Origin: an uncultured archaeon
GTDB taxonomy: Archaea > Thermoproteota > Nitrososphaeria_A > Caldarchaeales > Wolframiiraptoraceae
Assembly (NCBI GenBank): GCA_938083505.1
Contig: CALKCF010000004.1
Location: forward strand, 1 to 64,000
Length of the DNA: 64,000 nucleotides
Direction of reading: 5' to 3'
Shown here: piece by piece, positions 49,637 to 59,029 of the stretch
Numbering within the stretch: position 1 is the first letter of the stretch
How the letters are laid out: every line of letters starts with the position of its first letter
Program-made: the position numbers and the translations under genes
Notes under the pieces: model-generated
Told to the model about the DNA's origin: nothing
Seen by the model: the letters and a program-made list of their open reading frames with translations, nothing else
The model's database searches: none

Positions 49637-50874
49637 TGAAGACTATGGCGGGTCTGAGAATAGTCGGCAGGGCACTCGTAGACGGTAAGCTCCTAGACGA
49701 AGTTACTGTCGAGATAGATGGCGAGTTCATATCATCCGTGAGCATCGGCGAGAGCGGCTCAGGTCCTAGGCTTTTATTAAGTAAGGGCCAGCTACTCCTA
49801 CCCTCTGCCACGGACCTCCATGTCCACCTCAGGGATTGGGATCAAGCCTACAAGGAGGATGTGTTCACTGGAACATCCGCTGCGGCCGCTGGTGGTATCA
49901 CGACGATAGCGGAGATGCCCAACACCGTGCCGCCAATAAGGAGTCCTGAAGCTCTTAGGGAAAGGCTCAAGCTACTGGCAACGCGCGCCGTCGTGGACTA
50001 TGCGGTTCATATAGGCCCTCTCAAAAAACCCGAGGATGCCAGCAGAGCGTTGGAGTTGGGGGCATGCGGTATGAAGCTCTACCCTGAAGACTTGGAAAGA
50101 CTCGAAGATTATCTTAGGGTTTCAAGGGAGAGCGGTATAAGGCTTGTCGTACACGCAGAATTAAAGGGAGGTGATGAGGTGGAGACTGTAAAGATGCTGT
50201 TATCGTACGTGAAAGCAGGTGACGACATAAGGTTAGCACACATATCGAGGGCTGAGTCTCTGAGGATTATAGAGCTTGCGAAGAAAGAGCTTGGCGCGAG
50301 AATAACGGTAGAAGCAACGCCCCACCATCTCCTTCTATCTTATGAAGAGCTTGATGAGAATTCTAGGAGAATATCGACGGTGAGACCTCCACTCGCCTCC
50401 ATGTCTGATAGGCAGTACATTTTTTCAGGCTTAAAGAGGTGTTCCGTGGATTTCATAGCATCCGACCATGCACCGCATACCTTAGAAGAGAAGCTCTCTG
50501 GAAAAAATGCGCCAGGTTTTCCCGGTTTAGAGATAACATATCCTCTGATGCTGACCGAATGGTTTGAGGACAGGCTTGATATATCAACACTCGTCAAAAA
50601 GCTTTGCAGAGCCCCAGCCGAGTACCTCGGCATACCTAAAGGCGAGATTAAGAAGGGCTTCTACGCCGACCTAGCTGTCTTCGATATGAGAGAGCGGTGG
50701 AGCATAAGCGCGAAGGATTTCTTAAGTAAGGCGAAGTACACGCCCTTCGAGGGTAGAAAACTGTCAGCAAAGCTCATATCGGTCTTCAGGAGGGGCGAGC
50801 TGATATACAACGGCGAACTCATAGCGAAAGGTGGCGGGATCCATGTCAGCGAACTTAGGCAAAAGCACGGATAA
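49636..50874 (+). CDS. pyrC: Dihydroorotase
   Basis: DLHVHLRD, MPNT.P, HAE, AHIS, TPHHL, SDHAPH. Confidence 0.93.
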   Translation: MKTMAGLRIVGRALVDGKLLDEVTVEIDGEFISSVSIGESGSGPRLLLSKGQLLLPSATDLHVHLRDWDQAYKEDVFTGTSAAAAGGITTIAEMPNTVPPIRSPEALRERLKLLATRAVVDYAVHIGPLKKPEDASRALELGACGMKLYPEDLERLEDYLRVSRESGIRLVVHAELKGGDEVETVKMLLSYVKAGDDIRLAHISRAESLRIIELAKKELGARITVEATPHHLLLSYEELDENSRRISTVRPPLASMSDRQYIFSGLKRCSVDFIASDHAPHTLEEKLSGKNAPGFPGLEITYPLMLTEWFEDRLDISTLVKKLCRAPAEYLGIPKGEIKKGFYADLAVFDMRERWSISAKDFLSKAKYTPFEGRKLSAKLISVFRRGELIYNGELIAKGGGIHVSELRQKHG

Positions 50875-50906
50875 AGCTTATCCGTAACCTTCTCCAAAAC
50901 CTTGAT

Positions 50907-50961
50907 GGCTATGATGAAGCCCTAAACGTTGAGTCGTGATATTCTCTGGGGTAGCTGAGCC
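50907..50961 (+). ncRNA. C/D-box methylation guide sRNA (1)
   Basis: GGCT-ATGATGA(C)-AGCCCTAAACG-TTGA(D')-GTC-GTGATA(C')-TTCTCTGGGGTAG-CTGA(D)-GCC, with terminal stem. Confidence 0.85.
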
Positions 50962-50983
50962 GAAAACTATCGGTAGAATGTTA

Positions 50984-50999
50984 AAGAAACCTTATAAAT
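50984..50999 (+). promoter_or_regulatory. BRE/TATA promoter for C/D sRNA 2
   Basis: AAGAAAC-CTTATAAA about 25 nt upstream of 51022. Confidence 0.55.
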
Positions 51000-51021
51000 T
51001 GTGCAATGAGTCAACAATTCT

Positions 51022-51080
51022 GGCGATGATGAAAGAACGTCGCGACTTACAGAATGCTTATGAGGAGCGGGGTCTGAGCC
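51022..51080 (+). ncRNA. C/D-box methylation guide sRNA (2)
   Basis: GGCG-ATGATGA(C)-AAGAACGTCGCGA-CTTA(D')-CAGA-ATGCTTA(C')-TGAGGAGCGGGGT-CTGA(D)-GCC; internal boxes are degenerate. Confidence 0.75.
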
Positions 51081-51184
51081 TCAAAGATTCTTATAACACA
51101 GAAAACGTTACAAACGCTTATTAGTCAACGGACAAAAAATAGTTACATAGGCTTAAAAATACTGAGGTTAAGCCACCGGCATAG

Positions 51185-52190
51185 ATGAGGAAGGTTCTCG
51201 TACTGGTAGTGATAGCGCTTGTCTCAGTAACCTTCTTATTCTCGACGTTTATGCTTGGAAAACCCACCACGAAAGAGTATGAGAACGTGAATGTCGCCAT
51301 AGAATTCAACAACCACGCGGCATACATCGCAAAACATTTTGACTGGTTTAAAGAAACCGGGTTGAACACGGCCACGTTCAATTCGTACGTTACAGGTGTG
51401 GCTTTGATGAATGCTTTGGCTAGAGGTGATGTGGATGCTGCTTATCTTTGCCTCGGTCCTGCACTCATTGTATACTCTAGAGGCTTAGATAGAGTCATAC
51501 TCTCTGGAACCCATATTCATAGGTTTTCTATCATCACAAGAGAGGAAATAACGACTCCTAAGGATCTTGAAGGTAAAAAGGTAGGTGTAGTTGAGGCCGG
51601 CTCCAATTCGGACGTATTTTTCCAAATGTTTGTTAAAAATGCGATCTGAAAACATCGACATTAGAAGGGGAAACCAGCCACTCTTAACAATGCTACTCTG
51701 GATGGGGCAGGTAGATGTTATAATAGTACTGGAACACTGAGCTACCATCGCAGCATCAAAGGATGGATTTCACGTCTTTCTGAGAGGTCAGGATGTTTGG
51801 GATAGTATGCCGGGTAGTGTGCTAATCGTTAGGCGCGCGTTGTTGGAAACGAAGTACGAGATTGTAGAGAAGTTGATAGAGATTACTAAAAGAGGCGTTA
51901 AGTTCATTAATGAGAATAGGAAGCTGGTAGCCAAGATCATCGTGGAAGAGTTGAGTAATGCTTATCCATTGGATGTAGAACCTACGCTGGTGGAAGAAGC
52001 ATCAAGAATGCTTTCACCAAGTTTGATGTTAGAATCTATGAAAAATCTAAACTACACTTCAGAGCTGGATTTGGATACCATCAATCAATATGTAGAGTTT
52101 TTGTACAAGTTGGGCTACATAGAAAAACAAAATCGTTGTTGCGCATCTCTTCCCGAGGAGTTAACATTTAGGGCTTACCCAAAAATTTAA
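51185..52190 (+). pseudogene. ABC substrate-binding protein (NMT1/TauA/SsuA-like), disrupted
   Basis: GDVDAAY, DLEGKKVGV...GSNSD; frameshift near 51640, in-frame TGA at 51738-51740, continues into ORF 51807. Confidence 0.82.
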
Positions 52191-52199
52191 GAAATTTAG

Positions 52200-52922
52200 T
52201 TGGCTGATACCGATAACAGTCTTGTTGATTCTTGGGAGGTCATAGTCAGAGCACGTTTATTCCCAGAATACTTATTTCTACCTTTCTTGGAAGTCATCCT
52301 TACAGCCTTCCTCCTAGCCGAAAACGGAATATTATGGAAGTATCTTGCGGCCAGCTTGCTGAGAGTATTGACAGGGTTAGCATTGGGTTCAATAACCGGA
52401 ATAGGTTTGGGAATATTAATGAGTTATAGAGAGAAAGTTCATAGGGCGCTCCACCCCATCTTTAGCCTATTAATGCCTATACCCATCCTCGGCTGGCTAC
52501 ATTTATTTGTACTTTGGATTGGGATAAACGAAGCGTTGCCCATATTGCTCATATTTATCTGCTCATTCTTCCCAGTACTTTACAACACGATCTCCGGTAT
52601 TAGAAGTGCGGATAGAAGCTACGTGGAGATCGCTAGGAGTCTTGTAGCTTCTGAGAGGAGGACTTTCTTAGATATAGTCATACCACTGGCTCTGCAGAAT
52701 ATCATTACGGGTATGAGGCTCGAGGCTGGAATGGCTTGGAGAACGATAGTTGCTACGGAGATGATAGCAATATCTGTGGGCATAGGCTTTCTCTTGATAA
52801 ACTCACAATACCTGTTACGTGTAGATGTCATTATGGTCTGTCTTGGTGTGTTAGCAATTATGTCTTTACTATTCGAGAGGATGCTGCTGTGGGTGGAAAG
52901 AAAGAGCACGAAATGGAGGTAA
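52200..52922 (+). CDS. ABC permease (TauC/SsuC-like), possibly relic
   Basis: SLLRV..G, PIPILGW, EIARSLVAS (EAA loop), AWRTIVATEM. Confidence 0.8.
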   Translation: MADTDNSLVDSWEVIVRARLFPEYLFLPFLEVILTAFLLAENGILWKYLAASLLRVLTGLALGSITGIGLGILMSYREKVHRALHPIFSLLMPIPILGWLHLFVLWIGINEALPILLIFICSFFPVLYNTISGIRSADRSYVEIARSLVASERRTFLDIVIPLALQNIITGMRLEAGMAWRTIVATEMIAISVGIGFLLINSQYLLRVDVIMVCLGVLAIMSLLFERMLLWVERKSTKWR

Positions 52923-52926
52923 TGTG

Positions 52927-53973
52927 TTGACAAGCATACAACTACAGAATGTAAGCAACAAATACATACTAAAAACGTGAATTTAACGATAGCGGATAAA
53001 ACGCTTTTCATGTTAATTGGGCCGTCCGGTGCAGGAAAACAACGCTTCTCAAAGCTATTGCAGTATTAGTAAAGTACACTGGCAGAATATTGTTTAACAG
53101 TGAACTTGTAGATAGTGTACCACCAGAAGGTAGAGGTGTAGGAGATGTGCCGCAGGAGTTTACACTCTTCCCACATATGACCATTGAAGAAAACGTTGCA
53201 TATGGATTAAAGGTTAGAAATATCTTGCACGTAGAGGTTGCGCGTAGGGTGAAAGAGCTACTCGAAATAATGGGAATATATGAGCTGTGTAAACGCTATC
53301 ACAGAGATTTGAGTGGTGGCGAGAAGCAACGTGTGGCGATTGCACGTGCATTAGCCATAAATCCCAAAGTGTTGTTATTAGATGAACCGTTAAGCAACCT
53401 AGATCCAAGGACGGGTAAGTATCTCAGAGAATGGCTTAGGTACATCGTCAAGAAGCTTTCCATAACGACGATTTGGGTAACGCACAAGGTTGAGGATATT
53501 GAAGAACTAAATTGTAAAGTCGACGTAATGCTCGATGGTGCACTCGAGCAGGTTGGGCATTATTATGATATACTCTCCTCTTTAATAAATGATAAGGTTT
53601 CAAAATTCCTAAGTTTGACTAACATATTTGTATGTGACGTAGTTAGCCTCAAAGGATCTTTCGCAGAGGTGAATGTAAACGGTTTAAGGATTATTGTGCC
53701 GTACAATGGAGGAAAAATTAGCAAAATAGTAATTCATCCTCACGGCATAGTTGTCTCCAAAGAGAAGTCTTGGACGTTTGCCGTAAACAATTATAATGGG
53801 GTTTTTAGAAGAAGTTGTGAATGACAGGTACTCTGTAGACCTCAAGATTAAAGTGAATGGTGGAGTGGTCTTTAATGCTGAGCTTCCGGAGGATGTATAC
53901 AAGTCCATGAATTTAAAGGTGGGTGAGAGTATACCTGATGATAAAGCCCAGGTCGATAAAAATTATTTCTTAA
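52927..53973 (+). pseudogene. ABC ATPase with TOBE domain, multiply frameshifted
   Basis: Walker A GPSGAGK(TT) broken by a frameshift near 53040; LSGGEKQR and LLLDEP intact; further shifts near 52975, 53800 and 53930. Confidence 0.85.
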
Positions 53974-53995
53974 CGGCGCTTAGAGGTCGCAAGGT

Positions 53996-54449
53996 ATGGA
54001 CTATCTTATGGAGCTCCGTGAAAGGTGGTGGAGTAGGACCATCAAAAATTGTTTAGAGAATAGAGAGATCGTTGTGAAAGCAAGGGCTTTAACGCCCAAG
54101 GAAGCCATTGGCATCCTTTATGGAGATGTAAAAGTGTGCCTTATAGGTTTTCAGCCTGCCATATTGTATGGTCTCTCAAGAAAGTTTAACAACATCAGAA
54201 CAACGGACATGAACGAGAAAAATATTAACAAAAACTATTACGGCATCATCATAGAGTCTTAATCTGAAAACCAAGAGGTGACCGGGGTGGAGTGACATAA
54301 TCTTGGCTACAGGTTCAACAGTTGTGAACAACACGTTACATCGGATATTGGAATGGGCCGGGAATAAGTCAATATATTTTTATGGGGTAACAATCGCTGC
54401 ACTGGCATACGAGTTCAACCTCAGAAGATTGTGCTTCGATTCTTTCTAA
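53996..54449 (+). pseudogene. DUF364 family protein, internally deleted and disrupted
   Basis: ALTPKEAIG, KVCLIGFQPA, then after a stop and frameshift WSDIILATGSTVVNNTL...FYGVTIA. Confidence 0.72.
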
Positions 54450-54489
54450 AGAGGTAAAAGGGCAACAGTTATATAACGTTCTGCTCTAC

Positions 54490-54910
54490 ATGATGGTTAA
54501 GATTATGAAGAAACTCGTTAGACCGTTCTTGAGTGAGAAGCAGACGAAGGTTCTGAAGCTAAGAATGACACAGGACCAGATTGCCGAAGTATTAAAAATC
54601 AGTAGAGACGCTGTCGCGAACCTCAAAAAAGAGCTCACATCAATGTTATGAGGGCAAGGCAGACGTTGAAAGTGCCTTGAGGGCATTAACCTTGGCGATG
54701 AGGTCGCTATTTTGGCCGGTATGCCCCTAACAGATGTACCACGAACTGTGCTTGACCGAGCAGATATTCTTGGTATAAAGCTCATGCTTGGGGGCCGAAG
54801 CGATATATCAACTGGTCAAGAGGAGGGCTAAAAAGAGGGGTGGCCATCTCGCAGCGCCAATAAGAATAAAAATCTTCAAAAACGGAAAGATAAAGTTAAT
54901 GCCTTCCTAA
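54490..54910 (+). pseudogene. Tfx family DNA-binding protein, three frameshifts
   Basis: FLSEKQTKVLKLR..TQDQIAEVLKISR..V..LK(K)RA..N..RARQTL, then AGMPL.DVP..V...AD..GIKL in shifted frames. Confidence 0.75.
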
Positions 54911-54923
54911 AATACTCTGACAT

Positions 54924-55625
54924 CTATTCAATTGTTAACTCACGAGGGCCTATCACCAGCTTGTGCCATCTGCTATCTATTCTTGCAAGATCAAAATGAG
55001 CAACTCTTACGTATCTTTCAATTCCCTCAGGTCTTTCGACAATTTTATACTCGAGTATGCCATCAAATACCGACCTGAGGTAGTTTTCCAACCTCTTTTT
55101 AAGTATCCCCTCATCTAGAGCGAATGCACCTATACACGTCTCTCTTATTCTAGGTATTAGCATATTGAGAAGCCTCACGGCATGCTTGTATCCATAGGTT
55201 ATGAAGATATCGTAGAGGCTGTCTACGTAAACGAAATCTATGGGCTTTATTGTAAGCTCACCGATTAAGATGCTGAACTCCGTCGGGTCTAGACTTTTTA
55301 ATTTTACGATTCCGATACCGTGCTCTTCACATGTCGGATGGGTGCCCATTTTCATAGAATAGTAATCGATAAGTGTGAGAGACCCGTCTTTAATGTAGGG
55401 CTCGACATCCATGCCCCTCTTCTCCATTAACCAAATAAATGTTCTTGGTGAGCGCTTTACGCAAATGTGAGCGCATCTAAAGCCTTGTTTCAGCCGTTCG
55501 TACAACAAATGCATTAAGAGAACATTCTTTCCGCAACCTATCGGACCTATATGAAGGAAGGTAGCATTCGGGTAATCTTCAAGTATTAACTTCTTAACCA
55601 AGTCAAGTCTTTTATGCAACCTCAA
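54924..55625 (-). CDS. RAD55/KaiC-like RecA-superfamily ATPase (single domain)
   Basis: GPIGCGKN, LIDYY, VYVDSL, FDGILE, RYVRV; start placed at TTG after a GGGGATG RBS. Confidence 0.8.
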   Translation of the reverse strand: MRLHKRLDLVKKLILEDYPNATFLHIGPIGCGKNVLLMHLLYERLKQGFRCAHICVKRSPRTFIWLMEKRGMDVEPYIKDGSLTLIDYYSMKMGTHPTCEEHGIGIVKLKSLDPTEFSILIGELTIKPIDFVYVDSLYDIFITYGYKHAVRLLNMLIPRIRETCIGAFALDEGILKKRLENYLRSVFDGILEYKIVERPEGIERYVRVAHFDLARIDSRWHKLVIGPRELTIE

Positions 55626-55755
55626 TATACCATCCCCTTTTAAGTGCGTTGTTACAATAACATAGTAATGTAATTTATGTATTATATTGAATATTTTATT
55701 AAATAGATTTTTACAGAAACTAAAACTTAAATTCGGCAAGTATTTCTCGAGGTGC

Positions 55756-56592
55756 GTGAAAAACGAAAGCAACGCGATACTCGTAGTAGGGCTTGGCGAA
55801 GTTGGAAGACCGCTTTATGAAATACTCTACGAAAAGTTTTCAAACGTGTACGGCTACGATTTGGATGGTAATAGAACGGTCGACAATATTGACGAGATAA
55901 GGCCACCACTCGGGATACTTCATATAGCGTACCCGTTCAAGGACCTCGATCAGTTCTTGGATGCCGCGTTGGGTTACATCAACATTTTGAACCCTTCCTT
56001 GGTTATAATCCATTCGACGGTCGCGCTCGGAACGACTAGAGCATTGCAGTCAAAGACTGACACAAAGGTCGTCTACTCGCCGGTAAGGGGCAAGCACCCA
56101 CTGATGAAAGACCACATGGTTTTCTGGACGAAGTGGGTTGCGGCAGTCAAAAGCGCGGCCTTGGAGCACGCAAGAGAGCACCTGGAGCGTGCAGGGTTTA
56201 GGGTAAGGGTTTCACAAACGCCGGAGTCGCTGGAGCTGGCGAAGCTCTGGGAGACGGTATACAGGGCAATCATGATAACATCGTGGCAAGAAGCGCATCG
56301 AATCGCGATGAGGTTCGGAGCTGACATAGAGGTCGTGGCGGAGTTTGTATCCGAGGTGCATGAGGTTCTGAAAGATAGGCCAGTATACTATCCGGACGTT
56401 ATCGGAGGCCACTGTCTGATCCAGAATACGGAGATACTCTTCAAGCAAACGAGCTCTAGGTTGCTTAAACTTGTCTTGGAATCCAACAAGAGGAGGGGCG
56501 AGGAGGTCGTGGATAAGAAGGTGCTCGAGGGTATAGAGAAGCTTAAGGATGTATGGTTGAGACATGCTCTAAGGTCCTACTACAGGCTCTAA
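55756..56592 (+). CDS. Short nucleotide-sugar (GDP-mannose/UDP-glucose) dehydrogenase-like protein
   Basis: VVGLGEVG, IHSTV..GTT, SPVR, ELAKL.E..YR, IGGHCL; no C-terminal domain. Confidence 0.78.
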   Translation: MKNESNAILVVGLGEVGRPLYEILYEKFSNVYGYDLDGNRTVDNIDEIRPPLGILHIAYPFKDLDQFLDAALGYINILNPSLVIIHSTVALGTTRALQSKTDTKVVYSPVRGKHPLMKDHMVFWTKWVAAVKSAALEHAREHLERAGFRVRVSQTPESLELAKLWETVYRAIMITSWQEAHRIAMRFGADIEVVAEFVSEVHEVLKDRPVYYPDVIGGHCLIQNTEILFKQTSSRLLKLVLESNKRRGEEVVDKKVLEGIEKLKDVWLRHALRSYYRL

Positions 56593-56596
56593 TCTT

Positions 56597-56652
56597 GGGT
56601 CAGCACTTAAAACCTATCTCATCCGGTCGTAATCCCCGAGCTCATCATCCCC
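56597..56652 (-). ncRNA. C/D-box methylation guide sRNA (3)
   Basis: Minus strand GGGG-ATGATGA(C)-GCTCGGGGATT-ACGA(D')-CCGG-ATGAGA(C')-TAGGTTTTAAGTG-CTGA(D)-CCC. Confidence 0.8.
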
Positions 56653-56717
56653 ATATCTAAAAGTTCAGCGCCACGGAAAAATTTTCCAGCATGCTGAAAT
56701 AATCGGGGGACGCACAA

Positions 56718-57974
56718 CTATGCCGTGGACCTATTGGGCGAATTGGCCTCCCTCAGACTTTCCAATTCGCCCTCCCACATCCTCGCGAATATCGTTCTGA
56801 CATCATCATAGCTAACCTCGCGTGGGTTATTGAGAAGCAGGCGCTGATAGTTAGACATGAGGATGTTTGTTAGCTCAAGTACCGCATCCTTGGGGATTCC
56901 CATCTCTCTTAAGCTGATAGGGAACCCGATCTTTCTCATCAGATCGACCACGGCTCTGACTGCCATCTTAGCCGCCTCAGTAGCCTCAAGACCTCCGACG
57001 TTCAGACCAAAAGAGGCCGCAACGTCCTTTAGCTCCTCAGCACACTCTTGCATGTTGTATTCCATTACGTAAGGTAGGGCAACACCGCAGCCGAGGCCAT
57101 GCGGTATGTGGAAAAGCGTGCTGAGCGCATAGGATATCCCATGGCCAAGAATGACACTCGAGTTGGCAAAGGACACTCCGGCAAGTGTCGCGGCTATCGC
57201 CATCCTGTACCTTGCGTTCACATCTCTACCGTTCTTGTATGCGACCTCTAGACCTTCAGATATCAGTCTTATGCTCTCCCTAGCAAACATCGAGGATATG
57301 AGGTTCGACCTTTTCGAAAGGATGCTCTCAACTGCATGAGTTAGCGCATCTATGCCCGTAATCGCAGTAAGCCTAGGAGGCATCGTTAAAGTCATCATGG
57401 GGTCCACGATCGCCACTTCTGCTATCATCCACCTGCTGAAGATTACTTTCTTGAGGTTGCCCACAGATATAACTGACCCTTTGGTGGCTTCGCTGCCGGA
57501 ACCCGACGTTGTAGGTATCAATATCAGAGGGAGACCAGGTTGCTTTAAGAGCTCATCTCCAAAGTATTCCTCAACATCACCTTCGTTCGTGGCCATTACC
57601 GCTGCAACTTTCGCCATGTCTAGACAGCTGCCACCGCCGACACCGATCACAACGTCATAGCCCCCCTCCCTTGATACCTTTGCGACAACCCTTGCGTTTT
57701 CTATGTCGGGCTCCATTTTTACACCGTCAAACACATAAAATTCTACACCATCAGCGAGTAAAACCTCCAATACTTTGCTTACCAAACCTGCTTTCTTGAC
57801 ACCTTCGTCCGTTACTACGAGTGTCCTATTACCAAACCGTTTTGTCTCCTTACTGACCTGCTTAACAGAGTCCGGTCCGAAGACCAACTTTTTCGGCATC
57901 GAAACGTACTCGCGTATGCTCTCAAAGTATGAAGGAGCCTCTTTTTTCACGGAAACGAAAGCATTGTACTCCAT
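56718..57974 (-). CDS. Iron-containing alcohol dehydrogenase
   Basis: GGGSCLDMAK, PTTSGSGSE, DALTHAVE, GHG, PHG. Confidence 0.92.
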   Translation of the reverse strand: MEYNAFVSVKKEAPSYFESIREYVSMPKKLVFGPDSVKQVSKETKRFGNRTLVVTDEGVKKAGLVSKVLEVLLADGVEFYVFDGVKMEPDIENARVVAKVSREGGYDVVIGVGGGSCLDMAKVAAVMATNEGDVEEYFGDELLKQPGLPLILIPTTSGSGSEATKGSVISVGNLKKVIFSRWMIAEVAIVDPMMTLTMPPRLTAITGIDALTHAVESILSKRSNLISSMFARESIRLISEGLEVAYKNGRDVNARYRMAIAATLAGVSFANSSVILGHGISYALSTLFHIPHGLGCGVALPYVMEYNMQECAEELKDVAASFGLNVGGLEATEAAKMAVRAVVDLMRKIGFPISLREMGIPKDAVLELTNILMSNYQRLLLNNPREVSYDDVRTIFARMWEGELESLREANSPNRSTA

Positions 57975-58039
57975 ATAAAAGCTTTGTCCGGCATCTTATT
58001 TGTTCCATGCACAAGTGTAGTCATAGAATAAATAGGTGT

Positions 58040-59029
58040 TCATTCCTCTCTGTAGTAAGGTTTTGCTAACGTTGCCGGAGCGCTCATCTTTTTCCTGAAG
58101 CTCTCAAGGGAGAGCAGGCTTAAGGTAATCACAGCTATCGCGTATGGAAGCATTAAGACGAATTGAGGAGATGTCGCACCCAGTCCAAAGAGCTGTAGCC
58201 TATACTGGAGTACTTCTATACCTCCAAAGAGCAGTGAGCCGAACACTGCCCTTAACGGGTTCCAAGTAGATAGTATGATTAAGGACAGCGTTATGAAGCC
58301 TCTACCCCCTGTCATGCCTTCTATCCAGAATGGTTGGAATCCAAGTATGAGGTATGCGCCGGCTAGGGCTGAGAATGCGCCTGATAATATGCATGTAAGA
58401 TACCTTATCCTGAAGACGTTGATTCCGAGGGCATCCGCCATCCCAGGATTCTCGCCGACACTCCTGATCTTTAGACCTATGCTCGTCCTAAACAGCAAAA
58501 ACCACATCAAAGGCGCTAGTATGAGCGTTATGTAGACGACGATGTTATGGTTAAAGAGCATCGGACCGATTATTGGTATTTCTTTAAGGAACGATAAAGA
58601 AACGGGCGGTAGCATAGGAACGCTTTGAGTTTCAAGGGCTGTGCTCGGAAGCTCTGGATTCAGTGTCTGAAGTACTGTCTTCCTAATAGTCGGGAATGTT
58701 ATGAAGCCGCTTAAGCCTAAGCCAAGCATCGTGATTGCAAGGCCAACGGTTATCTGGTTCAGCCTAAGCGATACCGCGAAGAAGGCGAGCAGTAACCCCA
58801 TCAACATACCAAAAACGCCGGCAAGTAAGAATGCTATTGTGTGTCCCCATGTTATTGTGAATATGAAGGAAGTAGCGGCGCCAATCGCCATAGTGCCCTC
58901 CATACCCAAGTTGAGTATTCCAGACCTTTCCGCGTAGATTTCGCCGAGTGAGCCGAGCAGGTAAACGACACCAATGCTCGTTGTGCTCGCAAGTACCGGC
59001 CCAATCCATTCTATGCTCATTGCTTCCAC
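58040..59029 (-). CDS. Nucleoside/sugar ABC permease (NupC-like)
   Basis: ERSGILNLGMEG, RSVGENP..AD.LGI, GRGF, MLPY. Confidence 0.9.
   Translation of the reverse strand: MEAMSIEWIGPVLASTTSIGVVYLLGSLGEIYAERSGILNLGMEGTMAIGAATSFIFTITWGHTIAFLLAGVFGMLMGLLLAFFAVSLRLNQITVGLAITMLGLGLSGFITFPTIRKTVLQTLNPELPSTALETQSVPMLPPVSLSFLKEIPIIGPMLFNHNIVVYITLILAPLMWFLLFRTSIGLKIRSVGENPGMADALGINVFRIRYLTCILSGAFSALAGAYLILGFQPFWIEGMTGGRGFITLSLIILSTWNPLRAVFGSLLFGGIEVLQYRLQLFGLGATSPQFVLMLPYAIAVITLSLLSLESFRKKMSAPATLAKPYYREE

Noticed and set aside
50867-50885. 8-bp inverted repeat at the pyrC stop as a mobile-element end
   Set aside because: No partner repeat or transposase; may be a terminator or chance
50936-51124. 62-aa ORF in the track
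   Set aside because: Overlaps two C/D sRNAs and a promoter; no protein features
51738-51740. In-frame TGA in the SBP gene as possible selenocysteine or readthrough
   Set aside because: The same gene has a frameshift and its neighbours are decayed; best explained as a nonsense mutation
52927-54910. Programmed frameshifting or phase variation as the cause of the split ORFs
   Set aside because: Too many lesions per gene in different directions, plus deletions and stops
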